Below, piece after piece: positions 38,065 through 50,640 of a stretch of 64,000 bases of DNA; within the stretch, counting starts at the first letter, position 1; the number at the start of each line of letters is the position of its first letter. The stretch comes from Octopus sinensis (lineage: Eukaryota). The stretch is taken from assembly GCF_006345805.1 (NCBI RefSeq), contig NC_043010.1, forward strand, positions 2,604,001 to 2,668,000. Direction: 5' to 3'. Below the pieces are notes generated by a model. The model saw only the letters and a list, made by a program, of their open reading frames with translations, was not told the origin of the DNA and ran no database searches. The position numbers and the translations under genes are program-made.

Positions 38065-40257
38065 ACTCTCTTGTCTTTTTTTGACAAATGAGGACCCATT
38101 CTCAAGACACAGCTGCACAATATTTCTAGTTCAATATTTTGTTATGTCGTTTTGTGTGGGAATTCGTGTCTATCCAGAATCTGCAGATTCAGTTGCAGAA
38201 GTAGTCTCGGTCATTTGAGGGTAGACTGAACATAGCTTTATGCTGGCCTCTTTTTTCCATCACAATTTTGATCCAGGCTGCCTGGAAATCAAAGCTGGCT
38301 TCGTAGCAAGAACCTCTCCACTGAGCTCTCTTTAGCACTTCCAATTCTATTATCTTGAAGATTATCATGCAGGTTTTCAACCAGGTGTTTAGAGTGTCCT
38401 TATAAGAAAGCATTGAGTAATCTAGGTCCCTTGCACCAGAACTAAGCTAATCATAGAAGAGGGCTTAAATAAGCAATTATCTTCTTTGTGTATTATGTGG
38501 CCAAACCACTTCAATTAGACTTTGATGAGAAAACTCTCTGTGCCTAGAATGTCACATAGAGTAAGCACTATCGTGTTGGGGGATGGTCTTGCCACTCAAT
38601 GTTGCCAATTGAATGCAGAGAGATGGAATTTGTCTAGCCTTTTAAAATGGTGTCTCCTGATTGCCCATGTTTCATAGACATATAGGAGAGAAGTAAGCAC
38701 TGTTGTTTGGTATGCTTTAATCTTTGAGGCCATGCCAGGCAGATTCCATATTTCCAGTCTGGGCTGGAATCTATTGAAAGGTGAGCTTTCCCAAGACAAT
38801 TACTGAATGATCCCTTTATTCAGGTGGGCATTGTTTGACAGAGTGCTTCTTAGGTTGCAGAATTTTAGCACAGCATTTTGAGGGTACAGGTGTTTGGGAG
38901 CTGGCTGATACAAAAGTTCTATTGTGCAAATAGGCTGATCCAAGATAACATGTTGTAGGAGAGGATCACATTGTTTGCTGTTGGTACCTAAGTAGGACAG
39001 TGTTGAAGTGCCATGCCTGAAGAGACAAAATGTCAGTCTTATCTGTAAGAAGTTGGGTGCCACCTGATATGAAAACTGAGTACAACTACTGGACATGGGT
39101 TCATAGACTGCCTTGAGACCCTCATAAGTCTTCATGTCATGTTCATCAGCATTTGCCTCTAGTTCAGGTTGTTCTCCCACCAGAGGTTCTTCATGGCACT
39201 CAGTCTGGTTTACAGCACTTGTTTTACTTGATGGTACCTGACCTTAGTTTCTGTTAGTGATTTGGCTGAGATGTACTCCTTATGAGCACAGTGCATTTTA
39301 TCAGAGTTTTGCAATTTCCTGTTTGTCCACATTGAACCAGTCATGAGGTCTCTGCTTGACAAAGCCAAGAATTTCAGATGCTATCTTGTATGTAAGTTGT
39401 TTTAAGCTTTTCCAGTGCTGTTCAATAGTGCCTGGAGCTTTATTCATGGTCTGTCATTATTTAGAACTTTTCCTGTACCTTGAATGCAAATACATTGAGC
39501 CTTATAACAGGTCTGGTTTTGAGTTTAGGTTGTAAACTTAAGTACCTAATGCTCCTGACTAGCCTGTGGTCAGACCAGCAATCTGCCTCTGTGACCAATC
39601 TGATGATATAAAAATCCTTTTGGTCCCTCTGCTTAAAGTTACATAGTCTATTAGATGTCAGTCTTTTCATCTGGTGTGCATCTAGGATGTTTTGTGCTTG
39701 TTGTCTTGTCTACATCTTGTCAATATAATTATTCCCGCATATTCTTTTCTATGCCCAGCCATATCAACTCAGACAACAGAATCCCCAAGGAGGATCTGCT
39801 TGTCTTTTGTACTGCACTCCTCAAATACTCTACTGAGTTCATCATAGATGGCTTCTTTGAATTCCTCTATGTGGGTCACTCTTGTAACATAGACACAGTG
39901 ATGGAAAGATGGTTACTTGCCAGTTCCAAGTGTAACATCATAGGACTATCATCGATTCCTTTTGGTTGTGAGTAAAGGTTGTTATTAAGCTGTAATCATA
40001 TGACAAAGCCAACAGCTTTGGGCTTTTTTATGGACTTACTAATCCAGAAGAATATATAGCCCATGCCAGCCACCTCTAACTGGCCCTTATCTACAAATCT
40101 TGTCTCAGTGTTCTGGCTATTCAAGCAGTTTTATGCTCTAGTGTTATCATTGTCTAGCTGTGTCCTAACATTCCATAAGCTAAGGATCAATTACCTGGTT
40201 TTTGAGCAGTGTCTAGTATTCCTGTTTCTTCAACCAACCACATCATTGAATAGGTAG
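38065..40257 (-). mobile_element. RTE-BovB-like LINE remnant (APE endonuclease to C-terminus, internal deletions)
   Basis: Minus strand gives LWNVRT (about 40170), GQLEVAGMGYIFFW, EADCWSDHRLVRS, KTYEGLKAVY and KIKAYQTTVLTSLLYVYETW. Confidence 0.88.
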
Positions 40258-40733
40258 CCATTAGCAGTTTGACCAGTCACTTTTATATTGTGCAAATTCA
40301 AGCACTTCTTAATTTTTCCATACAAGCCTTTACTAGCCAGAAAAGGTTTACATTATAAGTTTCACATTCCTATTTCAGCAAATCGATAAACACACTTTCA
40401 GGCTTTTTTTTTTTAATTTCAAGCCTGCTTATCGGCATATCCGTCAAGTCTGATCTTCAATCTATACATTCAAAAGCCGTTCCAATTTAAGCATGACAAT
40501 TGCTCTATGAAAAAATTAGGTTCAGAGTAACTTATTGAACACAGATTTCTCTCCACTGTCACACATTACTACTGTAAACATTGCACCCTTTAATGTTTTT
40601 TGGCAATGGAAATGAGTATTTCTCCTGCATTAAGCCTTTTTACAAAATCAAGATTAATATCCAGGATAATCTTTTCGAGGTTCCTTTTTGCACTGCTGCC
40701 TTCAGTTCCACTTGATGGCCTCTTTCCAGACAT
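40258..40733 (-). pseudogene. pogo/Tigger transposase N-terminal remnant (CENP-B-type HTH domains)
   Basis: Minus strand from ATG at 40733: MSGKRPSSG...KIILDINLDFVKRLNAGE...FLASKG...LNLHNIKVTGQTAN, then cut by the RTE insertion. Confidence 0.75.
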
Positions 40734-40789
40734 CTTGAAGTGTAGGTAAATGCAACAGTAGACTCATACAGACATATACGTGCACACAT

Positions 40790-41372
40790 AAACATACAGA
40801 ATCAGACATACACACACACACACACACACACCTACACAGACTTACAAACATTTATATACAGTAATCTATGCACACACATTTAGAAATATATATTTAGAGA
40901 GATACACACACACATACACACTCAACGTTTGACTCCAGTATTTCTCTGTATAACTAAACCTATCAATATATATATATATATATACACACACACATACTTA
41001 TAAACCTATATACATACATATTTACACATACTTATATACATACATACACACATATATACATACATACATGCACACACATATATATACATATATATACACA
41101 CATATACATACACATATGTACATACACACACACAAATATATACACATATGTACATACACACACATATATATACATAGATATACATATATATACATACATA
41201 CACATATACATACACAAATACATATACATACACACATATATATATACATACATATATATGCATATACATACATATGTACACATACTTGCATATATACACA
41301 TATTTACATACACATACATACAAACATACATAGACATACATACACACACATACATACATACATATAGACGTA
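40790..41372. repeat. (CA)n/(TACA)n microsatellite field
   Basis: Direct inspection. Confidence 0.9.
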
Positions 41373-42561
41373 TGTCTATATATTGTGGTATCCAGATATC
41401 ATCATCATTTTAATGTTGACATTTCTGTATCTGAATTGTTTGAATGGAGTTTACTGAGGCATGTTTTCTACGACTGGATGCCTTTTCTGCAACAAACCTT
41501 CACTTTTTCTAAACAAGTTAATATTTCCACAGTGCCAGACATGTTTCTGCAGAATAATGGAAATGAATGACACTATGTGTATGACTGACATTTTCACACA
41601 TACACACACATACAAGGTACATTCAAAAGTTGTCTGACTGTTTTTTATCAGCCAAAACTAATGCTGTGTGGGCAAAACCCTTTGGGTGAGAGGTGATGCC
41701 ACCCAACCTACGCAAGCATGGAAATTTTCATGCCGATAGGCCATGTCAGATCTCAGCAGTTACACCTAGAGTACAGATGTGTAACGTGTATTCATCAGAC
41801 TTTCATACTCACCAAACGCATCAAGCAGATGTTGATATTTTTATAATTTCTATGCATTTAATATATGTGTTTCTGGTAGTTTTTTAAGATAATTTTTATA
41901 TAGTGCAATCTTCCTCAGTTAAACATTTCAAAATATAAGTGACTGACAAAATTTTGCCCTGTATTTAGCAATTATTAGGATGGTCTCTAGAGAACCCTAG
42001 TTTAAGCAGAGAGAAAGAAGGAAGTTCAGAAATAGTAGACTTAGAGGGACAGAGAGGAGAGGAAGGAGATAGGTTAACAAAGAAAAGTGAAGAGGCGGAA
42101 GTCAAGTTAAAAATATATAAACGCATGATTAAACACAATCATGACTATTAATGGCAAAGAATGGAGGAGGAATAGGAAGAGGAGGAGGATGTCAACAATA
42201 GCAAAAAAGTAGAAGCTGATGAAATAAGAAAGGAAGGAAGAAAAAGATGATGGAGGAGGGGGATAGGGAGGGGACAGATTAAAATAAAAAGTGAAGAGAA
42301 AAATCAAAACAAACCAGAGATAGTAAAAGATTTGGCTCCTTGGTGGGGGGGGGGGGGTCAGGACAAAGAAAAACGGAAAAGAAGAATGAGGCACCAGATA
42401 TAAAATTAATAGCTGCAATAATGTTTAATAAAAAATATTCCAAAGGGGAAATGAGGAAAGGTTAAATGGTACAAGACATGTCAATTGGTTTGTGTTTGAC
42501 CATGTGTGCAGATCCAGTGACTTGCTGCCAAGAAAAAGCAAAGAAATAATGATCATACACA

Positions 42562-43111
42562 TACTCCTTTACTTGCTTCAGTCATTTGACTGTAGCCATT
42601 CTGGAGCACCGCCTTTAGTCAAGCAAATCGACCCCGGGACTTATTCTTTGTAAGCCCAGTACTTATTCTATCGGTCTCTTTTGCCGAACTGCTAAGTGAC
42701 AGGGACGTAAACACACCAGCATCGGTTGTCAAGCAATGCTAGGGGGACAAACACAGACACAAACACATACACACATATATATATATATATATATCATCAT
42801 CATCATTTAACGTCCGCTTTCCATGCTAGCATGGGTTGGACGGTTCAACTGGGGTCTGGGGAGCCCGAAGGCTGCACCAGGCCAGTCAGATCTGGCAGTG
42901 TTTCTACAGCTGGATGCCCTTCCTAATGCCAACCACTCCAAGAGTGTAGTGGGTGATTTTATGTGCCACTGACACAGGTGCCAGACGAGGCTGGCAGACG
43001 GCCACGCTTGGATGGTGTTTTTATATACGACAGGCTTCTTTCAGTTTCCGTCTACCAAATCCACTCACAAGGCATTGGTCGGCCCGGGGTTATAGCAGAA
43101 GACACTTGCCC
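42562..43111 (-). mobile_element. SINE family 2 lacking its head, with an RTE 3' tail nested in its internal microsatellite (about 42795-43022)
   Basis: Tail and core intact up to GACACTTGCCCA; (CAT)n-TTTAACGTCCGCTTTCCATGCTAGC block inside. Confidence 0.85.
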
Positions 43112-43994
43112 AAAATTTTCCAAAGATTTTTTGAAAATTTTTCAAGAGTCTTTTGAAAATTTTCCACAAAAATTTTGGAAAATTTTCCACAAAAATTTTG
43201 GAAAATTTTCCCCAAAAATTTTTTGAAAATTTTCCCCAAAAATTTTTTGAAAATTTTCCCCAAAAATTTTTTGAAAATTTTCCCCAAAAATATTTTGAAA
43301 ATTTTCCCCAAAAATATTTTGAAAATTTTCCTCAAAAATTTTTCTTAAATTTTCCCCAAAAATTTTTTGAAAATTTTCTCAAAAAATTTTTAAATTTTCC
43401 CCAAAAATTTTTGAAAATTTTCTCAACAAATTTTTTGAAAATTTTTCCCCAAAAATTTTTTGAAAATTTTCCCCAAAAATTTTTTGAAAATTTTCTCAAA
43501 AAATTTTTCTTAAATTTTCCCCAAAAATTTTTTGAAAATTTTCTCAAAAAATTTTTAAATTTTCCCCAAAAATTTTTTGAAAATTTTTCCCCAAAAATTT
43601 TTTGAAAATTTTTCCCCAAAAATTTTTTGAAAATTTTCCCCAAAATTTTTTGAAAATTTTCTCAAAAAATTTTTCTTAAATTTTCCCCAAAATTTTTTTG
43701 AAAATTTTCTCAACAAATTTTTTGAAAATTTTTCCCCAAAAATGTTTTGAAAATTTTTCCCCAAAAATGTTTTGAAAATTTTTCCCCAAAAATTTTTTGA
43801 AAATTTTTCCCCAAAAATTTTTTGAAAATTTTCCCCAAAAATTTTTTGAAAACTTTTCCCCCAAAATTTTTTGAAAATTTTCCCCAAAATTTTTTGAAAA
43901 TTTTCCCCAAAAATTTTTTGAAAGTTTTCCCCCAAAAATTTTTTTTTATTTTTCCCAAAAGTTTTTGAAAAATTTTCCCAAAAAATTTTTGAAA
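43110..43994. repeat. ~21-22-bp tandem array, consensus GAAAATTTTCCCCAAAAATTTTTT with variable run lengths
   Basis: Roughly 40 units built from homopolymer runs; yields the (FFENFPQK-like)n ORFs. Confidence 0.95.
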
Positions 43995-43995
43995 T

Positions 43996-44570
43996 AAGGC
44001 CTCAAATTTCAGAGGAGGAGGCTAGTCAAGTACATCAACTCCAGTGTATAATAGGTACTTATTTCCTCAACCCCCAAAAGAGTGATTGGCAAAGTCAACC
44101 TTGGCAGAATTTGAACTCAGAAAGTATGAAATGCTGCTAAGCATTTTGCTCAGCAAGCTAATGATTCTGTCAGCTTGCTGCCTTTAATAGTCATGACAAT
44201 GAATTCAAATTTTGGCACAACACCAACAATCTTGGGGGAGGAGATAAGTCAATTTCATTGAGCCCAGCGCTCAACTGGTACTTATTTCATTGACCCCGAA
44301 AGGATGAAAGGAAAAGTCACCCTCAGCAGAATTTGAACTCAGAACATAGAGGCCGATGAAATGCTGTTAATCCTTTTGTCAAATGTAATAACGTTTCTGT
44401 CAGCTCGCCGCCTTTTTAATAATAATAATCCCTTCTACTGTAGGCACAAGGCCTGAAATTGGGGTGGGGTAGTTCACTACATCAACCCCAGTACTTGACT
44501 GGTATTTAATTTATCAACCCCGAAAGGATGAAAGGCAAAGTCAACCTCGGCAGAATTTGAACTCAGAACA
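43996..44570 (-). mobile_element. Three head-to-tail SINE family 1 copies
   Basis: GCAGAATTTGAACTCAGAA recurs at about 44104, 44326 and 44550, each preceded by the GGTA(C/T)TTA...ACCCC core. Confidence 0.85.
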
Positions 44571-45099
44571 TAAAGATATTTCTTAGTTCTAGTATAGGTT
44601 GAACAACTCTCAGAGTTCAATATCATTGCAGTGAGAACAACATTCTGAGAGTTATCTATACTTGTTAGTTGTCTTTCAGCAGTAGGTAAATTGAGCAAAA
44701 GCCATTTATATTTACAGTGGCATATGTAGCCAGTCCAGTTACAGTACTTTGGGATTTAATGGATTCAATAGGATTGTAGCAATTAGTACACACACACATT
44801 CATATACAATGAGCTTCTTTCAGTTTTTATTCACTAAACCTACCCACAAGGCTCTGGTCAGCCTGAGGCTACAGTAGAAGAGGCCTAGGATGCCACATGG
44901 TGGGACTGAACCCAAAACTGTGCAGTTGAGAAGCAAATTTCTTAAAACACAACAATGCCTGAACATGCGCACACACATACACACACAAACACACACACAG
45001 GTATACATGTATATAATTCAGTTTGAGATTGGGGAATCCTGAAGCAGCTACAGCTATAAATAATAGGATGTAAATATTGAATATATATAAATACATATA

Positions 45100-46305
45100 C
45101 ATGGGTTGGACAACATAAAACACCACTTTTTATTTAACTTTTTTTTCTATTGACAATATGCTAAATTCAAAATGTTTTAGTTTCTGTGTGTGTGTGTGTG
45201 TGTGAGTGTGTGTGCGTGTGCGTGCACGTATGTGTGTGTGTATGCTCATATGCATTATGTATAATTTGTACTTCTTGATACAGCACTTTGCTTTTTGCAA
45301 ATATTTGTATTTAAATAAGTTACAATTTGTGACCTACCTAGTTTCTAAAGAAGACAAATTGTTTCAGTACTAATGCCTGGATCTTCAGTCACTAAAACTG
45401 CTGAATTGTTTAATGATTCAAGAGGTGCAGGCTCTAAAATCATGTTGGCATTCCAAAAGCCAATTAAAACCAGCTTCTGGATAGAAGGCAAAACTCATAG
45501 AGAAGAACCACAGAATAGTGAAGCATTCTTCTTAAAAATCATTGCACTACAGCAGCACAAGTGACAGTAAAGTTAACAAAAACAATTTGTCATAAGCTCC
45601 GTAAAGATACCGTGGGAAGGCTACAATTGCTAAACCTCTCTTGTACCCAATAAGCATTGATGATCAGAAAAAAATGGTGTCTAGAGCATCAGAAATGGCC
45701 AATGGCTCAATGGAACAATATAATTTCTGATGAAATGGGAAAAAGGGTGAATGATGATTCACAGCAAGTTTATGTCTCAAGACAGCCCAAAGAAGCTTTC
45801 AACTCTGACTGTTTGGCACCTCACATGAAGCATGAAGAATACTTTGTGATGATTTGGGAAGGCATATCACAGAACACTCTTGAACTTCCATTTGTTCTAC
45901 ATGATAGAGTTAACACCAAGGATTTTTTTTTGTTGTTGTTTGGCTGGTTAAATTCATCCTGTGGTACAAACATTGTTCCCTGCTGATAGTATAATCTAAA
46001 TACACCAAATTGCATGCTTGATGTAACTAAAAATTGGCAAAAAGAGCACAAACGTGAAGTACGCCACTAAGATGTGTCCTCTGCCCCATAACTACTGATC
46101 TCCATATAATCAAACATTTATGGTGCATTTGGAAGCAGCAAACCTGGAGCTGGTTCCTTCAATTAGAGCTAGTCAAAGTGGTAACACAGGTTTTACTTGA
46201 AAAAAAAATGGCTTCAAAATTCCCCTAACAATTATTCAAAACTTGTACACGTCAATTCCAGACTTTCACATTACAAGATGTTTCCATTATTTTGTCCAAC
46301 CCATG
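45100..46305 (+). mobile_element. Tc1-like transposon remnant with TIRs
   Basis: TA|CATGGGTTGGACAA ... TTGTCCAACCCATG. Transposase fragments SVTKTAELF, IAKPLL, RKKWCLEHQKW...WNNIISDE and VMIWEGIS. Confidence 0.88.
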
Positions 46306-48339
46306 CATATATCTATATAAATGTGTATGTGTGTGTATATTTATAATATATGTGTGTATATATACAGTATATTCATACATATGTTTATATATTTATGTGT
46401 GAGTGTGAGAGACATAAACAGACCTTAAGCGTAGCCCGTAGTTGCTTTAAAAATCATGATAAAATACCAAAAATGAAACATTGAAAATACTGGTAAAGAA
46501 TGCAGAGAACAGCAAACGTATTGCAATAAAATATAAAGTGGAATGGTTAGAAACAATGTATGAAGGTCTAAAAGACATTAGCAATGATTATGTATTGATT
46601 TATGTTTGGTATTGCATGTAATATTTGGGTTTTGTCATTGAGTTTTATAATGAAAATATCAAATTATTTTAAACTGTGCACAAAGTGTCAAATGAAATGG
46701 TGGAGTGTGAGATAGTGTATTTATTTAGTGATCGCAGAATTATAAATACAGGCATTTGTGACACTAATACTAGGAAGATTACCGCTACTGTCAACAAAGC
46801 AGGACAAACAAACCAGCTAAACCATACTAAAGCAAAAGTATAAACTGTATTTGCAAATGGCAACTTAATCAAAATAATTCAGTCACTGCAATTTTGGCCT
46901 GTGAAAAAAAAAAAAAACTAAAAAATAAGAGTAAAAAACAACAGCAAGACATGAAAAATTGTCCCTAATTTTTTTTCTTTTTTTCATTGGACACAGCTTG
47001 GCTCTCATTGGAATTAGAAGCAATGAAAGGAGAAATGAAAGAAAAAAATATGAGGGTGGATAAAAAATAAAAATTATATAAGTATATAAAAACAAAAAAA
47101 AGGGGCTATATTAATTTCATTTTGACCACAAAGAAAGTCTTGATTCAATTAATAATTGTTTGTATATGCCATTATTACATGCTTCAAGCATTCTTTTATG
47201 ATTTCTTTATGGAATATTTTCTCTTTCTATTTTTTTCACATTTATTTTATTAAACACCTCCCACCCACACTTCCCTCTCTAGCAACCTACCAACTAACCA
47301 ACAAACAAACCAAATAAAAAAATTACATCAAAAAGTATGCAGTCCAAAGACAAAAAAAATTCAAGTTTCAGAACCATTTGTATTTTTTTTACTCTGCTTC
47401 CTTAAAATTTTCGTTTATTTTTGTTCTTAAAAATACAATAACTATATTCTATTATTATTATCATCACCATTGTTATTGTTATTATTATTATTATTAAGTT
47501 GGTGTTGTTCCCCAAGTTTGTGTCTCGGCATTTTCTATTTGGGATGCTCACAATATTGGAAACACCATCAAAATTTCCTCATTGAAATTCTTTGAAAGAA
47601 TTCTGCTATTTCTACCAAAGCTAATGCAAAATATTTTTTTTTTCCTTGTTTATTGCAGATCATTTTGTGAACCAATTTTTATACCTGAGATGTTTTCTTA
47701 AAAACAAGTAAAGAAATGAATAAATTACGTAGATATAATACATGTATATGAATGTGTGAGCGAGAGAGCATTCATATATATGTTTATGTGCATATGCAAA
47801 AAGAGAGGAAAAACAGCAATGTTAGAAGAAATTTGCAAGAGGAAATTGTTAGATGAAAAAAAGACTTTAAAAAATGCCTGACATATGCAGCTGTTTTGGC
47901 ATTGGTAAAGAAAAGATAATGGCATCAAGAGTATATTCTTGAAATTTTGCCTTTAATGAATTTCAAGACATTCCTCATGTGTGTATGTACATTCAAATAC
48001 AGGAGTATAATAAAAGTACACATGTGCTACGGGGTCTTCTTTCACATGTGTATGTATGATGAAATATATAAGTATATGCATCTACAGGCAATTATCTAAA
48101 TATATACTTATATACTAGAGCATATGAGCAACTATGTTCATATGGTGATCATATGTGTGTGTGTGTGTGTGTATGGATATGTATGTATATATGTGTTTAT
48201 AAAATGAAGTGCATTACACATTCACAAACCCATAAGTAAATGCACACGTACAAATATAAACACTCATACACAGATACATAAACATCTCTGCTTGTATATG
48301 TGATTTTGTATATACATACACACACACATAAGTTACTGT

Positions 48340-48720
48340 ATCTTTTACTGGCTTCAATCATTAGATTGCAGCCATGCTAGAGCATCGCCTTGAATAGTTT
48401 AGTGAAACAAACTGACCCTTGTACATTTTTTTTTGAAAAAAGAAATCTGGTACTTATTCCCGTGGTCTCCTTTGCTAAGATACTAAGTTACAGGGACACA
48501 AACAAATCAACACCAGTTGGCAACAGTAGGCATTCAAATGCAAGGACACATACATGTGCATGTGTGTGTGTGTAGATATACACATACAATGGGGTTCTAA
48601 ATTCACTAAAAAGGTATTGATCAGCCTGGGGCTACAAGTAGAAAACACTCATCCTAGGTGCTGTGTCATGAGACTGAACCAAAAACCACATGGTTGCAAA
48701 GTGAGTTTCTTAAACACACA
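48340..48720 (-). mobile_element. tRNA-derived SINE, family 2, old copy
   Basis: Diverged tail, core and head in the expected order. Confidence 0.65.
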
Positions 48721-49028
48721 ATACACACCACACACACATGTATACAGATTCCTGTGTGTATACACACACAGATGTCCAGTCAGCCTCGCAAGATCATTAG
48801 CATCTAAACAGCCACTCCCAGTTGTCTCCTACTGTCTGCTCCGGTGTTCTTAGAATTCTGCCAATCTGCTGCCATACATTGGTACTTTTTAACTGACTTC
48901 AAAAGGATTAGGACAATGGGCACAGATCATTAGAATAAAATATTAGGACAATGGGCACAGATCATTAGAATAAAATACCACAAATTATTCTATCTGATGC
49001 TACAATTACTGTCAATTCTGAGACTGCT

Positions 49029-49238
49029 TGAGGGAGTGCTGAGAAGTTCCTGGCTTTGAGTAAAAGAAAATACAGGAGGATCAGTTGATTATGACTTTAT
49101 TCCCCTCTCAGATTCACACACATATTGCAGTGGTCCTTCAGTTTTTCTAAGCTCTGTAAAAGAACTTGGAAGGTTGAACCTCCAGCCAAGCCTATTCCAA
49201 TACCCTTAAAGTCAGGAATACTTTTCAGCACCTCCCCA
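49029..49238. mobile_element. mariner-type MITE (same family as 20985-21168)
   Basis: TGAGGGAGTGCTGAGAAGTTCCTGGCTTTG ... AAAGTCAGGAATACTTTTCAGCACCTCCCCA|TA; internal sequence alignable. Confidence 0.82.
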
Positions 49239-49721
49239 TATGTGTTATCATTTTACCTGATTGTACAAGTGAAAAGTGATTTAATTAGAAATGAAGGGCG
49301 GTGCTCCAGACTGGGTGAAAAATGTCAGGAAGATATTACGATTACTATTTACAGTATCATGTAGCCTGTCTAATAAGGAATGGCATTGGATCTGTTTGTA
49401 TTCAATCCTCCTCCAAGTACCAAATAATGGCATCAGATCTCTGTATTCAATACCCACTAGCATCACTCTCCCATAACCAGGCATCTTTTTACAGAAGATT
49501 GGCAATGAAGGACACTGCTTGTATGAAAGTGACACTCACAACTATCACACACACTTACATATATGTATATACATAGATGATGAGTTTCTCTCAGCTTCCA
49601 TTACAAGACTTTTGTCAGCCTAGAGTTGTAGAAGACACTTGGCCAAGGTATTGCAGTGGGACTGAATTCGAAGCAATATGGGTTGGGAAGTAAACTTTTT
49701 ATACATAGCCAAGTCTATGCC

Positions 49722-49754
<33 letters not shown>

Positions 49755-49963
49755 TGTGTGTGTGTGTGTGTGTGTGTGTGATTGTAATGCAGATAAACAC
49801 AAATACATGTAGGCTTCTCACACACACACACATATTTACATATATTTAGAAAGATAAACACACACACTCGCACATATACATATATAAAAAAATATATTTA
49901 CCTAGAGCATAAAAAATACAGAATACTAAGAAGAAAATACATAATATAGATATATTTCTGTGC

Positions 49964-50008
<45 letters not shown>

Positions 50009-50199
50009 CACACATACATATGTACTACCCAGTCCTGGAATTGAACCCTTAACTTTATGATCATGAGCCACACACCCTAAACACAAATCTCCATGCTTTC
50101 ACAAGATATAGAAGTATTGTGATGCAAATGACCTAAGAATTTGTAACATTAAGTTCCACTAAAATCTGACCAGCCAACTGATCATTGACTAATCAGTTG

Positions 50200-50640
50200 A
50201 ATATGCAAACCAGACAGAATTCATACTCACAGAAAAATAGGATAGACAACAGATTGTATCTGAGCCACACAAGCCGCCAGGTCACAAAGACTGGATTTTG
50301 AGGTGTCAAGCCAATGTGGTGGGATCATAAAATAGATTGGGCCATAAAAACTAAAAGACCAGCTTGAAAAGACTAGAAGATAAGGCAGAGTAAGGAACAA
50401 TATAAAGCAGCTAAAAGAGAAGGTTGATGTCAAGTATGTCTAGCAAGAAGAGAAGCTGAAAGGAAGAAATTTGCACACGTCCTGCAACATGAAGATCAGA
50501 GACATGAGGAGCTCAAGATTACCAAATTGCGTGTTAGTGCAAATAAAAGGAGTATTGGGGAAAAAAGTCAGATAAAGTAGTAGCATGCAGCAATCCCAGT
50601 GGAAGAGGAAAACTGAGGAAGACATAACATCTGGTAAAAG
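50200..50640 (+). mobile_element. Old RTE-type LINE fragment
   Basis: TGTGGTGGGATCATAAAATAGATTGGGCCATAAAA...AAATTTGCACACGTCCTGCAACATGAAGATCAGAGA parallels 4697-4890. Confidence 0.7.

Noticed and set aside
16104-41367. Dozens of Y/I/H/T/C/V/M-rich ORFs
   Set aside because: Translations of (TA)n, (CA)n and (TG)n tracts, which lack stop codons; no coding signal.
43090-43958. K/F/N-rich repeat ORFs, and a CRISPR-like look of the array
   Set aside because: Simple tandem array with no unique spacers and no cas genes; the ORFs arise from the repeat on both strands.
48908-48977. 34-bp tandem duplication
   Set aside because: Ordinary slippage-type duplication with only two units.
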